Positions 1-9,132 of a stretch of DNA of 64,000 nt are shown in pieces. Each line of letters starts with the position of its first letter. Position 1 is the stretch's first letter. Under the pieces are notes generated by a model, which saw nothing but the letters and a program-made list of their open reading frames with translations, made no database searches and was not told the origin of the DNA. The DNA is taken from contig CAWCNY010000008.1 of the NCBI GenBank assembly GCA_963797095.1, positions 1 to 64,000 on the forward strand. Direction: 5' to 3'. A program made the position numbers and the translations under genes. Source of the DNA: an uncultured Chloroflexia bacterium. GTDB lineage: Bacteria; Chloroflexota; Chloroflexia; QHBQ01; JADMIH01.

Positions 1-1
1 T

Positions 2-34
2 TTGACCACTATTTTGACCACTTAGTTGACCACT
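2..34 (+). repeat. Three TTGACCACT direct repeats at 12-bp period; probable integrase arm-type sites
   Basis: TTGACCACT at 2-10, 14-22 and 26-34, about 100 bp before a tRNA 3' fragment. Confidence 0.6.
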
Positions 35-138
35 ACGGGAGCAAATTTCAGCGGATTTCGGCGGACCTCAATAGCAAATTCGTTCTCTTTTCACGCACAA
101 AATGGACTTGACGGACCCTGGCGGAAGCCCTCCTGGGG

Positions 139-185
139 GACTTTTAATCAGTGGGTTCAAGGTTCAAGTCCTTGGCGGCTCACCA
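139..185 (+). tRNA. 3' half of tRNA-Lys(UUU); att-site duplication, not a full gene
   Basis: Anticodon loop CTTTTAA, T arm CAAGG-TTCAAGT-CCTTG, 3' acceptor strand GCGGCTC-A-CCA; no D arm or 5' acceptor strand upstream. Confidence 0.85.
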
Positions 186-204
186 CAATTTACGCACGAT
201 TTTA

Positions 205-237
205 GCTCGGGTGTTCCATCATCCGGGCTTTTTGTTT
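205..237 (+). terminator. Rho-independent terminator after the tRNA 3' end
   Basis: GCTCGGGTG...CATCCGGGC stem followed by a T tract. Confidence 0.75.
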
Positions 238-525
238 GGGTTTGACGACCAAACTCTTAGGAGATGGCCAAAAGTGGCTGTGGTGGTGCTATGATTCGGT
301 CCACAGCCTGGCGATCCAAGTTCCGGCAAACCAAAGGCAGGGTGAGGCGAGCTTAGGCGGGGGAAAACCGCCGGAGCATACGCGGGAGGGTATGAGGTAG
401 CCGTACGGTCGATGTCTCAGGGAGCTAGCAACGTGCCGCGGATGCTGCTAGAATAGGTGGGTAGAACAGAAACGAGGACATATATGCAGGTATGCAGGCA
501 ACTGGGGCTAGAGAGGTGACGGGCA

Positions 526-864
526 ATGAGCCGACGTCTTACAGTTGAGCTGAGCGACGAAGTTTACAGTATCATTCAGCGCGAAGGTATCGAAGCTAAC
601 GTGTCGCCCGCCGAGGTGGCCTCAGCGTCGTTGGATCGATACTTCCGGGAACAGCACAGCACGGATAGCGGGGATCGCACAAGAGGCACAAGGGGAAAGA
701 CACGAGGGCAAAATAGGAACAACGAGCCTGAGGTACAAGCGGCACGCGAACGGTTCGAGCAACTCTTCGGGTCCGTCGACCTGGGCTACGCAACAGGTAC
801 CGGCATCGAAGAGATCGACGCCGATTTAGAGCGCGGGTATGCGAATTTGAACGAGAGAGCGTAA
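526..864 (+). CDS. RHH/CopG-like antitoxin
   Basis: MSRRLTVELSDEVY N-terminus, FGSVDLG..IDADL C-terminus; stop overlaps a PIN start (TAATG). Confidence 0.7.
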   Translation: MSRRLTVELSDEVYSIIQREGIEANVSPAEVASASLDRYFREQHSTDSGDRTRGTRGKTRGQNRNNEPEVQAARERFEQLFGSVDLGYATGTGIEEIDADLERGYANLNERA

Positions 865-951
865 TGCTTTTTGACACATCAGGTTTGTTGTGCTTACTCC
901 ATCGCGTTGAACCACGGCATGCGCAAGATCCAAAACGCTGAACGAGAAGGG
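864..951 (+). pseudogene. Truncated PIN/VapC toxin, N-terminus only
   Basis: Reads MLFDTSGLLCLLHRVEPRH then stops; coupled to the upstream antitoxin. Confidence 0.65.
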
Positions 952-1033
952 TGTCAACGATTCCTCACAGCGAATAGTGCCTGAGCCCTGCAAGGGCGGT
1001 CCTGGCAAGATTCCTTGTCCGCACGGCGACAGT

Positions 1034-1384
1034 TCATAGTGGTAGGTGGTTTACTTGCCCTTCCCACTCTCCCTCGAGGCTACATTCAGCCAGCAGCAGG
1101 ATGTCTTCAACGGCTTGCCCGATTTGTACTTCACGACCCAACACGAACACACCGGGCATTTCCTCACCCTTGCTAACCCGACCATAAGCGAAATCGCTCA
1201 TTGTACTGACATCATGAGTGAGTAGCACCCGGCCTTCCGTCGCTGCCCACTCCAGCACACTCGGATCATCTGCCCCGCCCAGGCCCGCATCTTGCACCCG
1301 AACAATATCAAGCTCGGGCTTGCGCCGCTTGAGTGCTCGTACGATGTCGTTGTTGAGGTTTTCGTCGGCGGCCAGACGTAGCAT
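1034..1384 (-). CDS. DUF5615 family PIN-like protein
   Basis: LAADENL, GADDPSVLEWA, GRVLLTHD motifs; downstream of DUF433. Confidence 0.85.
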   Translation of the reverse strand: MLRLAADENLNNDIVRALKRRKPELDIVRVQDAGLGGADDPSVLEWAATEGRVLLTHDVSTMSDFAYGRVSKGEEMPGVFVLGREVQIGQAVEDILLLAECSLEGEWEGQVNHLPL

Positions 1385-1426
1385 GTGAAAGGGGGAGCAA
1401 TCGAAGGTCTTTTGGAGGTCTTTCGC

Positions 1427-1774
1427 TTAAACGTTAGTATCGGTCTTGCGAGCCAGCAGTCGCTCTCGTACCCCTACCAGGCTGCTTCGGGATTCATTTT
1501 GTCGGCGCACCTCGGCCGTCAGTTGCGCCCGCTGCTGCAGGTAAGCATCGACCTCTGTGCGGTTGTAGAGGTAGTATGCAATAACCGAGTAGACCTGGGG
1601 TAACTGGAGTGACGGGTATTGCTGCTGGATCTCCTCAGGAGTAGCGCCCTCAAGAAAAGCATGCACAACAGTGTCGAGGGTAACGCGAGTGCCCACCACG
1701 CGAATAACTCCATCGGAGTGTGCGTGGAGCGGGGCGGGAATGTTGGTGATGGTCATAGTCGTAGCTTGTCCCAT
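1427..1774 (-). CDS. DUF433 family antitoxin
   Basis: GTRVTLDTVV..GATPEEI..YPSL..VYSVIAYY. Confidence 0.85.
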   Translation of the reverse strand: MGQATTMTITNIPAPLHAHSDGVIRVVGTRVTLDTVVHAFLEGATPEEIQQQYPSLQLPQVYSVIAYYLYNRTEVDAYLQQRAQLTAEVRRQNESRSSLVGVRERLLARKTDTNV

Positions 1775-1906
1775 TTCTGATCTCTAACTCAAGAGCTTAG
1801 GACGATTATAAGCTGCAGTGCCCATTGCGTCTACCCACCACCTATCGACGTCAGGGCTATGCGATCTCGACTGCCTTTCTGCGTTTCCGACGTTTGCGAT
1901 ATTACC

Positions 1907-2327
1907 CTATGGTTCCCAGCATATAATACCGGACACCCTGTCAAAATCAGCATCGAACGAGTTCGAGCACATCCGCGCCCGATTGCTGCATCGACGCGAC
2001 CATAAGGGCAGCACCGAAATCCAAATTCGCACCCGCACCCCCGTATGCACCAAGGGCCCCCAGCACCGCTCTACGGTTCTGCACCCGAAAGTTGCGAAGG
2101 CGAACAAGAGCTGTAAGAAGGGCAGCTACCTGATTGCTGGGAAGGTGGTAGAGCCGGGGAGAAGCAAGCACATAGACAGCATCTGCAATCACAGTGCTGG
2201 GCGCTCCAACAGTAAGGGTCCCATCCTCAACCTGCTGAAACAGGGCCGCAGCTCGCGCCTGCTTGTCGGGATCATCCCCTGTTAGCAGGCGAATAATGAC
2301 GTCAGTATCGACAAATGGGACAGCCAC
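1907..2327 (-). pseudogene. PIN/VapC toxin, frameshifted near the C-terminus
   Basis: FVDTDVIIR start; the expected SFDADFDRV tail is in another frame; DFGA where DFxD is usual. Confidence 0.7.
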
Positions 2328-2357
2328 GGCTATGGTGCCTCGCCTCGAACTATCAGG

Positions 2358-2681
2358 TTATTCAGCGTGAGTTTCGGTGGGCCTATGGGTCCTGCTACCG
2401 GCGCCAGCGCCAACGTCGGTATCCGAATTCGCTATCTCGTGAGCACGGTCCTCGCGTGCTACCCGGATCGTTTCCTCCCAGTTGAGTGGCTTTTCCAGGG
2501 AACCCGCGGCTCCTCGCAGGGAGGCTACGTTGTGATAATGTGGGGCTTCGATCCTGACGATGCCTTCGTCCTCAATAACGAATGAGATCTTATCTCCCTG
2601 CTCAATTCCAAGGTGCCTGCGTACCTCAGCAGGGATTGTGACCTGGCCTTTGCTGGTGATAGTCGAGACAATAAGTTTCAC
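2358..2681 (-). CDS. AbrB/MazE/SpoVT antitoxin
   Basis: STITSKGQVTIPAEVRRHLGIEQGD; GTG start at 2681 with a GGAGG RBS. Confidence 0.85.
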   Translation of the reverse strand: MKLIVSTITSKGQVTIPAEVRRHLGIEQGDKISFVIEDEGIVRIEAPHYHNVASLRGAAGSLEKPLNWEETIRVAREDRAHEIANSDTDVGAGAGSRTHRPTETHAE

Positions 2682-2751
2682 TTGAATGGAATCCCTCCCT
2701 CCAGGCGGCATGCTCTGGACCTTCCGGTAATGGTAAGGCAAGAGGCTCTGA

Positions 2752-2788
2752 GTAAGGACTAGCTAACATATTCCTTACCTTCTGTCAA
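2752..2788 (-). promoter_or_regulatory. Promoter and operator of the AbrB-PIN locus
   Basis: TTGACA on the minus strand (2783-2788) followed by the inverted repeat GTAAGGA-N13-TCCTTAC. Confidence 0.65.
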
Positions 2789-2969
2789 CGTGAATGCGCG
2801 GCGGCCGGTGGCGACGCGAGGAGCCTGGCTCTGAGACCCCGAAGGCCACCCGTCAAGAACTCTCAAGGGATATTGGCGTGCGCAGGGTGCCCAGCGTGCC
2901 GCGAGTGCCGCAAGTGCCGGAGATGCGGCAGGAGATCGAGACCCGAAGTATAATTGAGCACATCCTCTT

Positions 2970-3371
2970 ATGGACACAGATGCTGCCAACCGAAGGGAAG
3001 AGGGATTCGCTCAGATCGTGAGCGAGGTGCAAGGCCATGTTGACTTTACTCCACCGGAGCGGATGGTGCGTGCCCTTTGCAGTTCCGTCCCCATAGAGAT
3101 CCTCACATACATAACGGGCCAGAGCGAAAGCACCGTGCGTCGTTGGGCAAGTGGGGATGTCACTGACATGGCGCAGGAGAGCGAGCGTCGCCTGGCGGCA
3201 GCCTACGAGATCCTGCAGCTTATTGACCGCTTTGAGGCACCTGGCGTTGCTGCGACATGGTTTACATGCAACGAGCCGCAGCTGGATTTCGTAATGCCGG
3301 CGACAGCACTGCGAGAAGGCTGGCTGGAGGACGCACTCGCGGCTGCGCGCCACTTTGTCGCCGTCGGCTGA
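2970..3371 (+). CDS. Xre/MbcA-like (DUF2384-type) antitoxin, no RES toxin
   Basis: HTH (ITGQSESTVRRWA) plus WFTCNEPQL..PATALREG. Confidence 0.65.
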   Translation: MDTDAANRREEGFAQIVSEVQGHVDFTPPERMVRALCSSVPIEILTYITGQSESTVRRWASGDVTDMAQESERRLAAAYEILQLIDRFEAPGVAATWFTCNEPQLDFVMPATALREGWLEDALAAARHFVAVG

Positions 3372-3374
3372 CGC

Positions 3375-4205
3375 ATGTTCGTGGTCGTGGCGAGCAACTG
3401 GCGTGCTACCCGGAGCGAACGGCCCGCTTGGATAGGAACTCCCATGATAGACGTCTCGGGTATAGCCCCTGAAGCGCGGCCGATCGTCGAACAGGCGGCC
3501 GCCATCTACATGAAGCACACCGCTCAGTGGTTCGTGGGCCTGATAGTGTATGGCTCTGCGCTCCGGGGCGACTTCATACCCGGGTGCAGCGACGTCGATT
3601 TGCAGATCTACCTCGACGCCTCGGCCTTCGAGCCAGGCGACCGCGACCGCGATCGCAGCCGCCTCCCCCTGGACCTTTGCATCGCCATCCAGCGCGACCT
3701 GGCGAAGCTAGACCTCGGTCCCTTCAGCTATATCCAGGGCCACGTGTTCTCGACCGGTTTTCGGGAGGGTTGGGTCGGCCCGGTGCCCGGCACTTACCGT
3801 CTCGTCAGCGGCACCCTGCCCACAGGCGAAGCCACGCCTGAGCAACTTCGCCGGGGGGCCGCTGCGCGACTGTCTGCCCTCGAACCCGTCCCGGAGCATC
3901 TCACGAGCGGGCTGCTGGACTACGGCGAGCACGGGCTTGAGCATCAAGTTCGCCTGCTGATCAGCGAGGTCTGGCCCGCCCTCAAGCAGGTGCTGGTCCT
4001 GCAAGGAGGTGACCCGGTCGGCATCTGGTCCCTGACCAAGCAGCAGGCGATTGACCTGCTGCCTGAAGACTCGCCCATGGGAAGGGCGATACGCGACTTC
4101 TACGCGGCCACCCACGCTTACTACCCCGCTCAGGAGCCGGTCGAGGCTGGGCTGGCCGTCATTGAGCAAGGGGTTGCTTTCCTCCAGGCGGCAAAAGCCT
4201 GGTGA
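3375..4205 (+). CDS. Nucleotidyltransferase-domain protein (true start probably 3444)
   Basis: YGSALRGDFIPGCSDVD Pol-beta-type motif. Confidence 0.7.
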   Translation: MFVVVASNWRATRSERPAWIGTPMIDVSGIAPEARPIVEQAAAIYMKHTAQWFVGLIVYGSALRGDFIPGCSDVDLQIYLDASAFEPGDRDRDRSRLPLDLCIAIQRDLAKLDLGPFSYIQGHVFSTGFREGWVGPVPGTYRLVSGTLPTGEATPEQLRRGAAARLSALEPVPEHLTSGLLDYGEHGLEHQVRLLISEVWPALKQVLVLQGGDPVGIWSLTKQQAIDLLPEDSPMGRAIRDFYAATHAYYPAQEPVEAGLAVIEQGVAFLQAAKAW

Positions 4206-4585
4206 CAGGGGCAGGATCACGAGTACCGCCTGACGCCCTAGAGTGGTGGGGGCGGGCTCCCGATGGTATTAAACCAGGTCTGGTGAACCAGTTGGGAGAG
4301 GTCCTTTGGGTCTCGCCTTCTTCGTTGTCCTGGGTGCCCCAGAGCGTGTTATGAACTTTGAGTCGTTGATCTACGCAGTCAGCAACAGGGATTCCAGCGA
4401 ACAGGTCGAGCTTCGGGGTCTGAATCATGAGTGTCGCCCTTTCAGGCTCTAGAGCCGTTATGAACGTTGAGATACAGCTTGTGCGCACAGCGAACGTTCA
4501 TCAGGCTCAATAATCCGAGGATTATGCTTATACCGTAAGCAAGCCCGAAACCCATGCGGTATGCGTGGAAAGTTCACAAAGGGCC

Positions 4586-5131
4586 CTAACCCCGCAGACC
4601 TGAATCCAGGTCAGAGAAAAGTACGCCTAGCCGACCATTTTCCTTGGGCTGAGGCGGCATATGTTGCAGGAGATAGCGAACCTCAGCAGGGGCGCTCTCA
4701 ATTGCACGCTGAACTGCACCGTCGCCAACCCTAGGGTCACCACCTGCATCCGTTTCAAGGGCGAGCGCCGCATAGACGGCTGGTCCAAGTATGTGCCTCG
4801 CCTGACGGATACCTGGTAAGCCAGTCTGCAAGTCCGTATGGGTATAGGCGACCGAAGCTGCGAGCGTCGCAGCACGGGCTGCGTATTTCGACGGCTCATC
4901 TACTTCTTTGCCTGCCTTCAAAGCCGCCAAAGCCACTATACGAAGGGCCTTGTCGCGCTTCTTACCCCGCCCAAACTCTCGAGCTCCTTCGATAGCTTGC
5001 CGGGGCCGCATATCGGTTGGATGTCGACCTTGAAAAACTGAAAGTGCCAGGTCGGCGCAATCGGCAGCCCACAAAGTTACAACACGCAGCAATTCCTGCT
5101 CTTGTGTTGAGTTTTTTAATCTGCCGATCAT
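4586..5131 (-). CDS. Imm5-like putative immunity protein
   Basis: WAADCA..F...P.D.RPRQAIE.AR. Confidence 0.7.
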   Translation of the reverse strand: MIGRLKNSTQEQELLRVVTLWAADCADLALSVFQGRHPTDMRPRQAIEGAREFGRGKKRDKALRIVALAALKAGKEVDEPSKYAARAATLAASVAYTHTDLQTGLPGIRQARHILGPAVYAALALETDAGGDPRVGDGAVQRAIESAPAEVRYLLQHMPPQPKENGRLGVLFSDLDSGLRG

Positions 5132-5168
5132 AATTCAATAGTGGAGGAACTGCACACCGGGCACGACT

Positions 5169-6023
5169 TTATGAGTTCGCGAGGTGCGGCTCGACGATCC
5201 GGGCAACTTTGAGGAACCAATTCACTATCTCGTCGCCGCCGCTGAGCGCCGACCACCAGCTGGAATTCAGGCAGCACCAGGCATAGGTGAAAGCCAGTAT
5301 GCGCGGCAGTTCAAGGCCAAGTTCCTCGGACAGGATGGAAGCGTTCCGCAGCAGCCGCGTTTCGTTGTGGACAAGGTCTGGCATACCCGGGTTGCAGAGG
5401 GAGTTGGCGCAATCATAGGTGCGTTCGCCTAGCAACCCTTTCTTCGGGTCGAAGGCGAGCCAGCCCCGCGCCGATTGGCGGATGTTATAGTGATGAATGT
5501 CGCCGTGCAGCACCCGCACCTCGCGCGGGTCGTCCAACAAGCGCCGAGCGATGACCGCGCCACGCACGTAGATCGATTCCTCGCCCGCCTGCTGATCCGC
5601 CTGATCCGCCGCTGCCTTATCGAACAAGGCAGCAAACCACTGCTCCAACGGCAGCAGGCCGTCGTGCGGCGCATCCTGCGACACACCATGCAACTGCTTT
5701 ATCACCGCCGCAATGACCCGCGTAGCCTCTTCGTCCTCACCGCGCTCGACCAGCGTCACGAGTGCATCGCCGGATGCATACTCCAATAATTGCGCTTCCT
5801 CGTCATAACGCAGCAGGCGCACCGCGCCACGACCGTCAAAATAACTCAGCGCCAGCACGCTGCTCCGCTCCTCCGTTTCCCCTACGGCAAGCAGTTTGAG
5901 GATCACCGTCTCGTTGTCGTGCCCAACGGTGTAGATATGACTGGTGTGTGTCTGGGTAAGCAACTGCGGGTGGGCGAGGTCCCAGGCGGCCAGGTAATGG
6001 TTAAGCCTGCTATCGTCGTTCAT
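5169..6023 (-). CDS. Aminoglycoside/hydroxyurea phosphotransferase, APH(6)-like
   Basis: GRGAVRLL, LHGDIHHYNI, WLAFDPK kinase motifs. Confidence 0.8.
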   Translation of the reverse strand: MNDDSRLNHYLAAWDLAHPQLLTQTHTSHIYTVGHDNETVILKLLAVGETEERSSVLALSYFDGRGAVRLLRYDEEAQLLEYASGDALVTLVERGEDEEATRVIAAVIKQLHGVSQDAPHDGLLPLEQWFAALFDKAAADQADQQAGEESIYVRGAVIARRLLDDPREVRVLHGDIHHYNIRQSARGWLAFDPKKGLLGERTYDCANSLCNPGMPDLVHNETRLLRNASILSEELGLELPRILAFTYAWCCLNSSWWSALSGGDEIVNWFLKVARIVEPHLANS

Positions 6024-6054
6024 AAGCGTGATTGTAACATCTGTGCCGATTGGC

Positions 6055-6090
6055 GCCAGCGCATATGCCAGCGTATATGCCAGCGTATAT
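6055..6090. repeat. 3 x 12-bp tandem repeat
   Basis: GCCAGCG(C/T)ATAT x3. Confidence 0.85.
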
Positions 6091-6148
6091 TATGGCGCCG
6101 ACTATCCCCAGGAGGACCATTATGCAGGCAAATATCAGGCTGGTGATC

Positions 6149-6251
6149 GCGATGGTGTCCGCGATGGTGTCCGCGATGGTGTCCGCGATGGTGTCCGCGA
6201 TGGTGTCCGCGATGGTGTCCGCGATGGTGTCCGACATGGTGTCCGACATGG
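6149..6251. repeat. 12-bp tandem repeat, 7 perfect plus about 1.5 variant units
   Basis: GCGATGGTGTCC x7, then GACATGGTGTCC and GACATGG. Confidence 0.95.
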
Positions 6252-6446
6252 ACAGCAACGTACCATGAGCGAAGCGGGAGTTGCCGACCGACAGGGTCCC
6301 GAAGGGGTCGGTGGGATGGTGGGATAGCTGCCTTCCATGCACGCGCCTTGTCGCTGGGGTTCGCAACCAAAGCAGGCCGTTCCCGTCGCTTTGGGCCAAG
6401 CCAAAACCAGACTTCAGCGGCGATTTCCATGCGGCGAGTCGCGAGA

Positions 6447-6989
6447 TTAAGCAGGAACATAGATCAACCTGATCACATCCTCGCCAATCCGATCACTAGA
6501 CATGAGGCGGAGTGGCGGCCGAGGTCCGGCGAAAAATGGCTTGCCCTGACCAAGCACCACGGGGTGCAGGTAGATTCGATACTCGTCGATCAGGCCAAGT
6601 TCTGTGAGGCTTTGCGCCAAGGTAGGGCCGGCCACTTCGATCTCCCCGTCGCGCTCGGCCTTCAGCTTGCGGATCGCACTCTCAAGATCGTCCCCAATAA
6701 GAGTGGCGTTGGGGCCGACCGACTTCAACGTGCGCGAGACTACCCATTTCGGCTGGTTCCGCCATGCCGCCGCGAAGGCGTGTTCATCTGCATCCCATTC
6801 AGGATGATCGTCGTCCCAGTAACGCATGACCTCATACATTCGGCGACCGTACACACTACCCGCCTGACCCTGAGCCTCCTCGATGAAGTGGCGGAAGAGC
6901 GTGGGGCCCGGCGCAAACGCCTCATGGTCGACGTAGCCATCCAGGGACTGGTTCATTCCGAATACGAGCTTAGCCATATCCAATACCAA
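6447..6989 (-). CDS. Dihydrofolate reductase / RibD C-terminal family protein
   Basis: SLDGYV, YGRRMYE, GLIDEY..HPVVLGQGKPFF. Confidence 0.85.
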   Translation of the reverse strand: MVLDMAKLVFGMNQSLDGYVDHEAFAPGPTLFRHFIEEAQGQAGSVYGRRMYEVMRYWDDDHPEWDADEHAFAAAWRNQPKWVVSRTLKSVGPNATLIGDDLESAIRKLKAERDGEIEVAGPTLAQSLTELGLIDEYRIYLHPVVLGQGKPFFAGPRPPLRLMSSDRIGEDVIRLIYVPA

Positions 6990-7183
6990 CTTCCTTTCCT
7001 TACGCGTCCTTACGCTGCACAGCCGCGCGGTTCTGATTGCGTTACGCTTCGGTTGTAAGCTAGATCGACTGATTGATTATCGCAATTGGTTCTTGGAGTG
7101 CGTATAGACGCTCCGCGATCGGGCTGCCCGATCAATCTGACTCTCGAGGCGCTCTGCGTACTTAGCAAACTGGCTCACCTTGC

Positions 7184-7803
7184 TCACGCAGCTTTTATCA
7201 GCTCCGCTCGGTCGTTGGCAGGGCCTGCATTGGGCGAAGCCCAAGAACCCACGCCTCTCCCCACTCGGTACGCGCTGATCCGAGTGTCAGGATAAGGTCG
7301 AAGCAGGCTCAAGAGTTGTTCTGTCTCCCTTATGTTGTTCATACGAGGATCGAGCCATACTTCCTCATCTTCCCTGGAAAGGATTACAGGCATCCTCTCA
7401 TGCAGAGCGCGTATGCTGGGGCTCGCCTCGGTTGTGATGACAGTATAGGTCAGCAGCGGCTCGCCATATGGTCCCTTCCACATGTCGTACAACCCAGCCA
7501 TTGCCATTATTCGGTCCTCGTCGCGGTCGCCATCGGTCACCTGCACACGGTAAGGCTGCTTTGCTCCGGCCCCGGGAGAGGCGCCCCACTCAAAGTAGCC
7601 GGTAGCGGGCACCAGGCCCCATTTCATCATGGCCAGGTGCTTCTCCTGGTCGTCAGCGGTTACGACCACCGAGTTTAGCTGGCTGGGGGCGACGTTAAAT
7701 CTTGGCTGCCAGCCCTGGGTGACCTCTCCCCTTGCTCCAGTGCAACTCCGAACCTGGCCGCAAGCGCTTGTCCGATGACTACCAGATCGTACCTTCCACA
7801 CAT
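7184..7803 (-). pseudogene. SOS-response-associated peptidase (SRAP), copy A
   Basis: MCGRY start at 7803, early frameshift, 38-codon internal deletion relative to 41551-42285; LHERMPVIL retained. Confidence 0.85.
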
Positions 7804-7947
7804 GACGCACCTCCCCGTTTGCACACAACTTCGCTATTCGCGTACCTCGATTATGGAACAAATAAGCTAAAAGTACAAGCGCAGAATACCTCATGTCTGT
7901 GCGCCGGTGTCCATTTGCGCTCTGCGATATGCTGTCCCAATTCTGCG

Positions 7948-7984
7948 TTGACAGCGGGTAAGGAATGTGCCACCATATCCATAC
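7948..7984 (+). promoter_or_regulatory. AbrB-type promoter/operator upstream of the pRiA4b gene, copy A
   Basis: TTGACA-N4-GTAAGGA-N13-TCCATAC, same layout as 2752-2788. Confidence 0.6.
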
Positions 7985-8232
7985 TCATAAACATCTCACC
8001 TTGCCGCGGCCCGAGCGTTCGACCGCACTCTACGAGCGGAAGGTATTCCGGCCAATGCAGCACATAGGCTCCACAATCTCAAGCAAGAGGCACATTGCGA
8101 TCTCTGCTGAGGTGGGCAGGCACCTTCGAGCAGGGTGCGGCTCCGGGTGAGGGAGTTGCAAGGGGCAGGCTCTCGGCTATTTGCGCCGTCGCCATTCCGA
8201 AAGGGCTTTCGCCCCGGCAAGGAGGAAAATGC

Positions 8233-9114
8233 ATGGTAAAGAAGCTGACAATTGAGCTCCCCGAGGACATCTACGCGGCGATGCTTATTCTATCTCAGGT
8301 CACGAGGCAGTCTCCAGAGGAGATGGCCGCTGAATGGGTGACCATGGCGGTGACCGCTGTCACGGGCAAGCCGCTGCAGATTGCGAAGAGCATGTCCATG
8401 CGCAGCCTCTTTGCTACACCCGTGGACATGCCCCTGGAGAACCCATTGGGAAACCCGCTGGGAATGCTTTTAGGGTTCGACCGGCATGACACGCCGAGCA
8501 AGAGGGCCGGAAAGCGGTCGCAGGCAAAGAGTGCGCTGCCCGCTTCAAACAAAGAAGCTGCCAAAGTGATCTACCAGCTAAAGGTCACTCTCAAAGAGAG
8601 TAAACCTCCTATCTGGCGCAGGATCCAGGTGCCGGGGAGCATAACGGTGGTCAAGCTGCACCGGGTGCTGCAGGTGGTGATGGGCTGGGAGGATTACCAT
8701 CTGCACCAGTACATCGTGGACGGCGTCTACTACGGCACCAAAGACGCCGACGTTGAGGTTATAGGCAGCGAAACGGTGAACGAGCGGGGCGTGAAGCTCT
8801 ACCAGATAGCGCCCGATATAGGCTCGTGCTTCGTCTACGAGTACGATTTCGGAGATGGCTGGCAGCACCAGGTCGTGATGGAGAAGCTATTGCCCGCCAA
8901 AGCAGGAGCGACCTACCCTGTGTGCCTCACGGGAAAGTGTGCCTGCCCACCTGAGGACATGGGCGGCGTGTGGGGCTACGGCGATTTTCTCCAGGTGATC
9001 CGAAACCCCTCCCACCCGGAGCACGATGAGATGCTTGAATGGGCTGGCGGCAGTTTCGATCCTGAGGAGTTCGACATGGAATATATAAACGGTTTGCTCA
9101 AGAGGGTGCGGTAG
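8233..9114 (+). CDS. pRiA4b ORF3-family protein with an N-terminal RHH-like segment, copy A
   Basis: YQLKVTL..PPIWRRI, MGWEDYHLH, YEYDFGDGW, CPPEDMGG; GGAGG RBS. Confidence 0.88.
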   Translation: MVKKLTIELPEDIYAAMLILSQVTRQSPEEMAAEWVTMAVTAVTGKPLQIAKSMSMRSLFATPVDMPLENPLGNPLGMLLGFDRHDTPSKRAGKRSQAKSALPASNKEAAKVIYQLKVTLKESKPPIWRRIQVPGSITVVKLHRVLQVVMGWEDYHLHQYIVDGVYYGTKDADVEVIGSETVNERGVKLYQIAPDIGSCFVYEYDFGDGWQHQVVMEKLLPAKAGATYPVCLTGKCACPPEDMGGVWGYGDFLQVIRNPSHPEHDEMLEWAGGSFDPEEFDMEYINGLLKRVR

Positions 9115-9132
9115 TGCGGTAATTGCAGCAGG

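Noticed and set aside
110-185. Complete tRNA-Lys gene
   Set aside because: The 5' acceptor strand, D arm and most of the 5' anticodon stem are missing.
6149-6251. Repeat arrays here, at 16718 and at 44476 as CRISPR arrays
   Set aside because: Units are 10-22 bp and contiguous, with no unique spacers and no cas genes.
6010-6460. ORFs with DTIA, GHHR, RDGV or SAMV repeats (also MARDGKRWQE at 44401-44719)
   Set aside because: These are stop-free frames created by the tandem repeats, with no RBS or family signal.
7804-8232. Novel structured ncRNA in the conserved SRAP-pRiA4b intergenic region
   Set aside because: Divergent promoters and a decayed AbrB gene explain the conservation.
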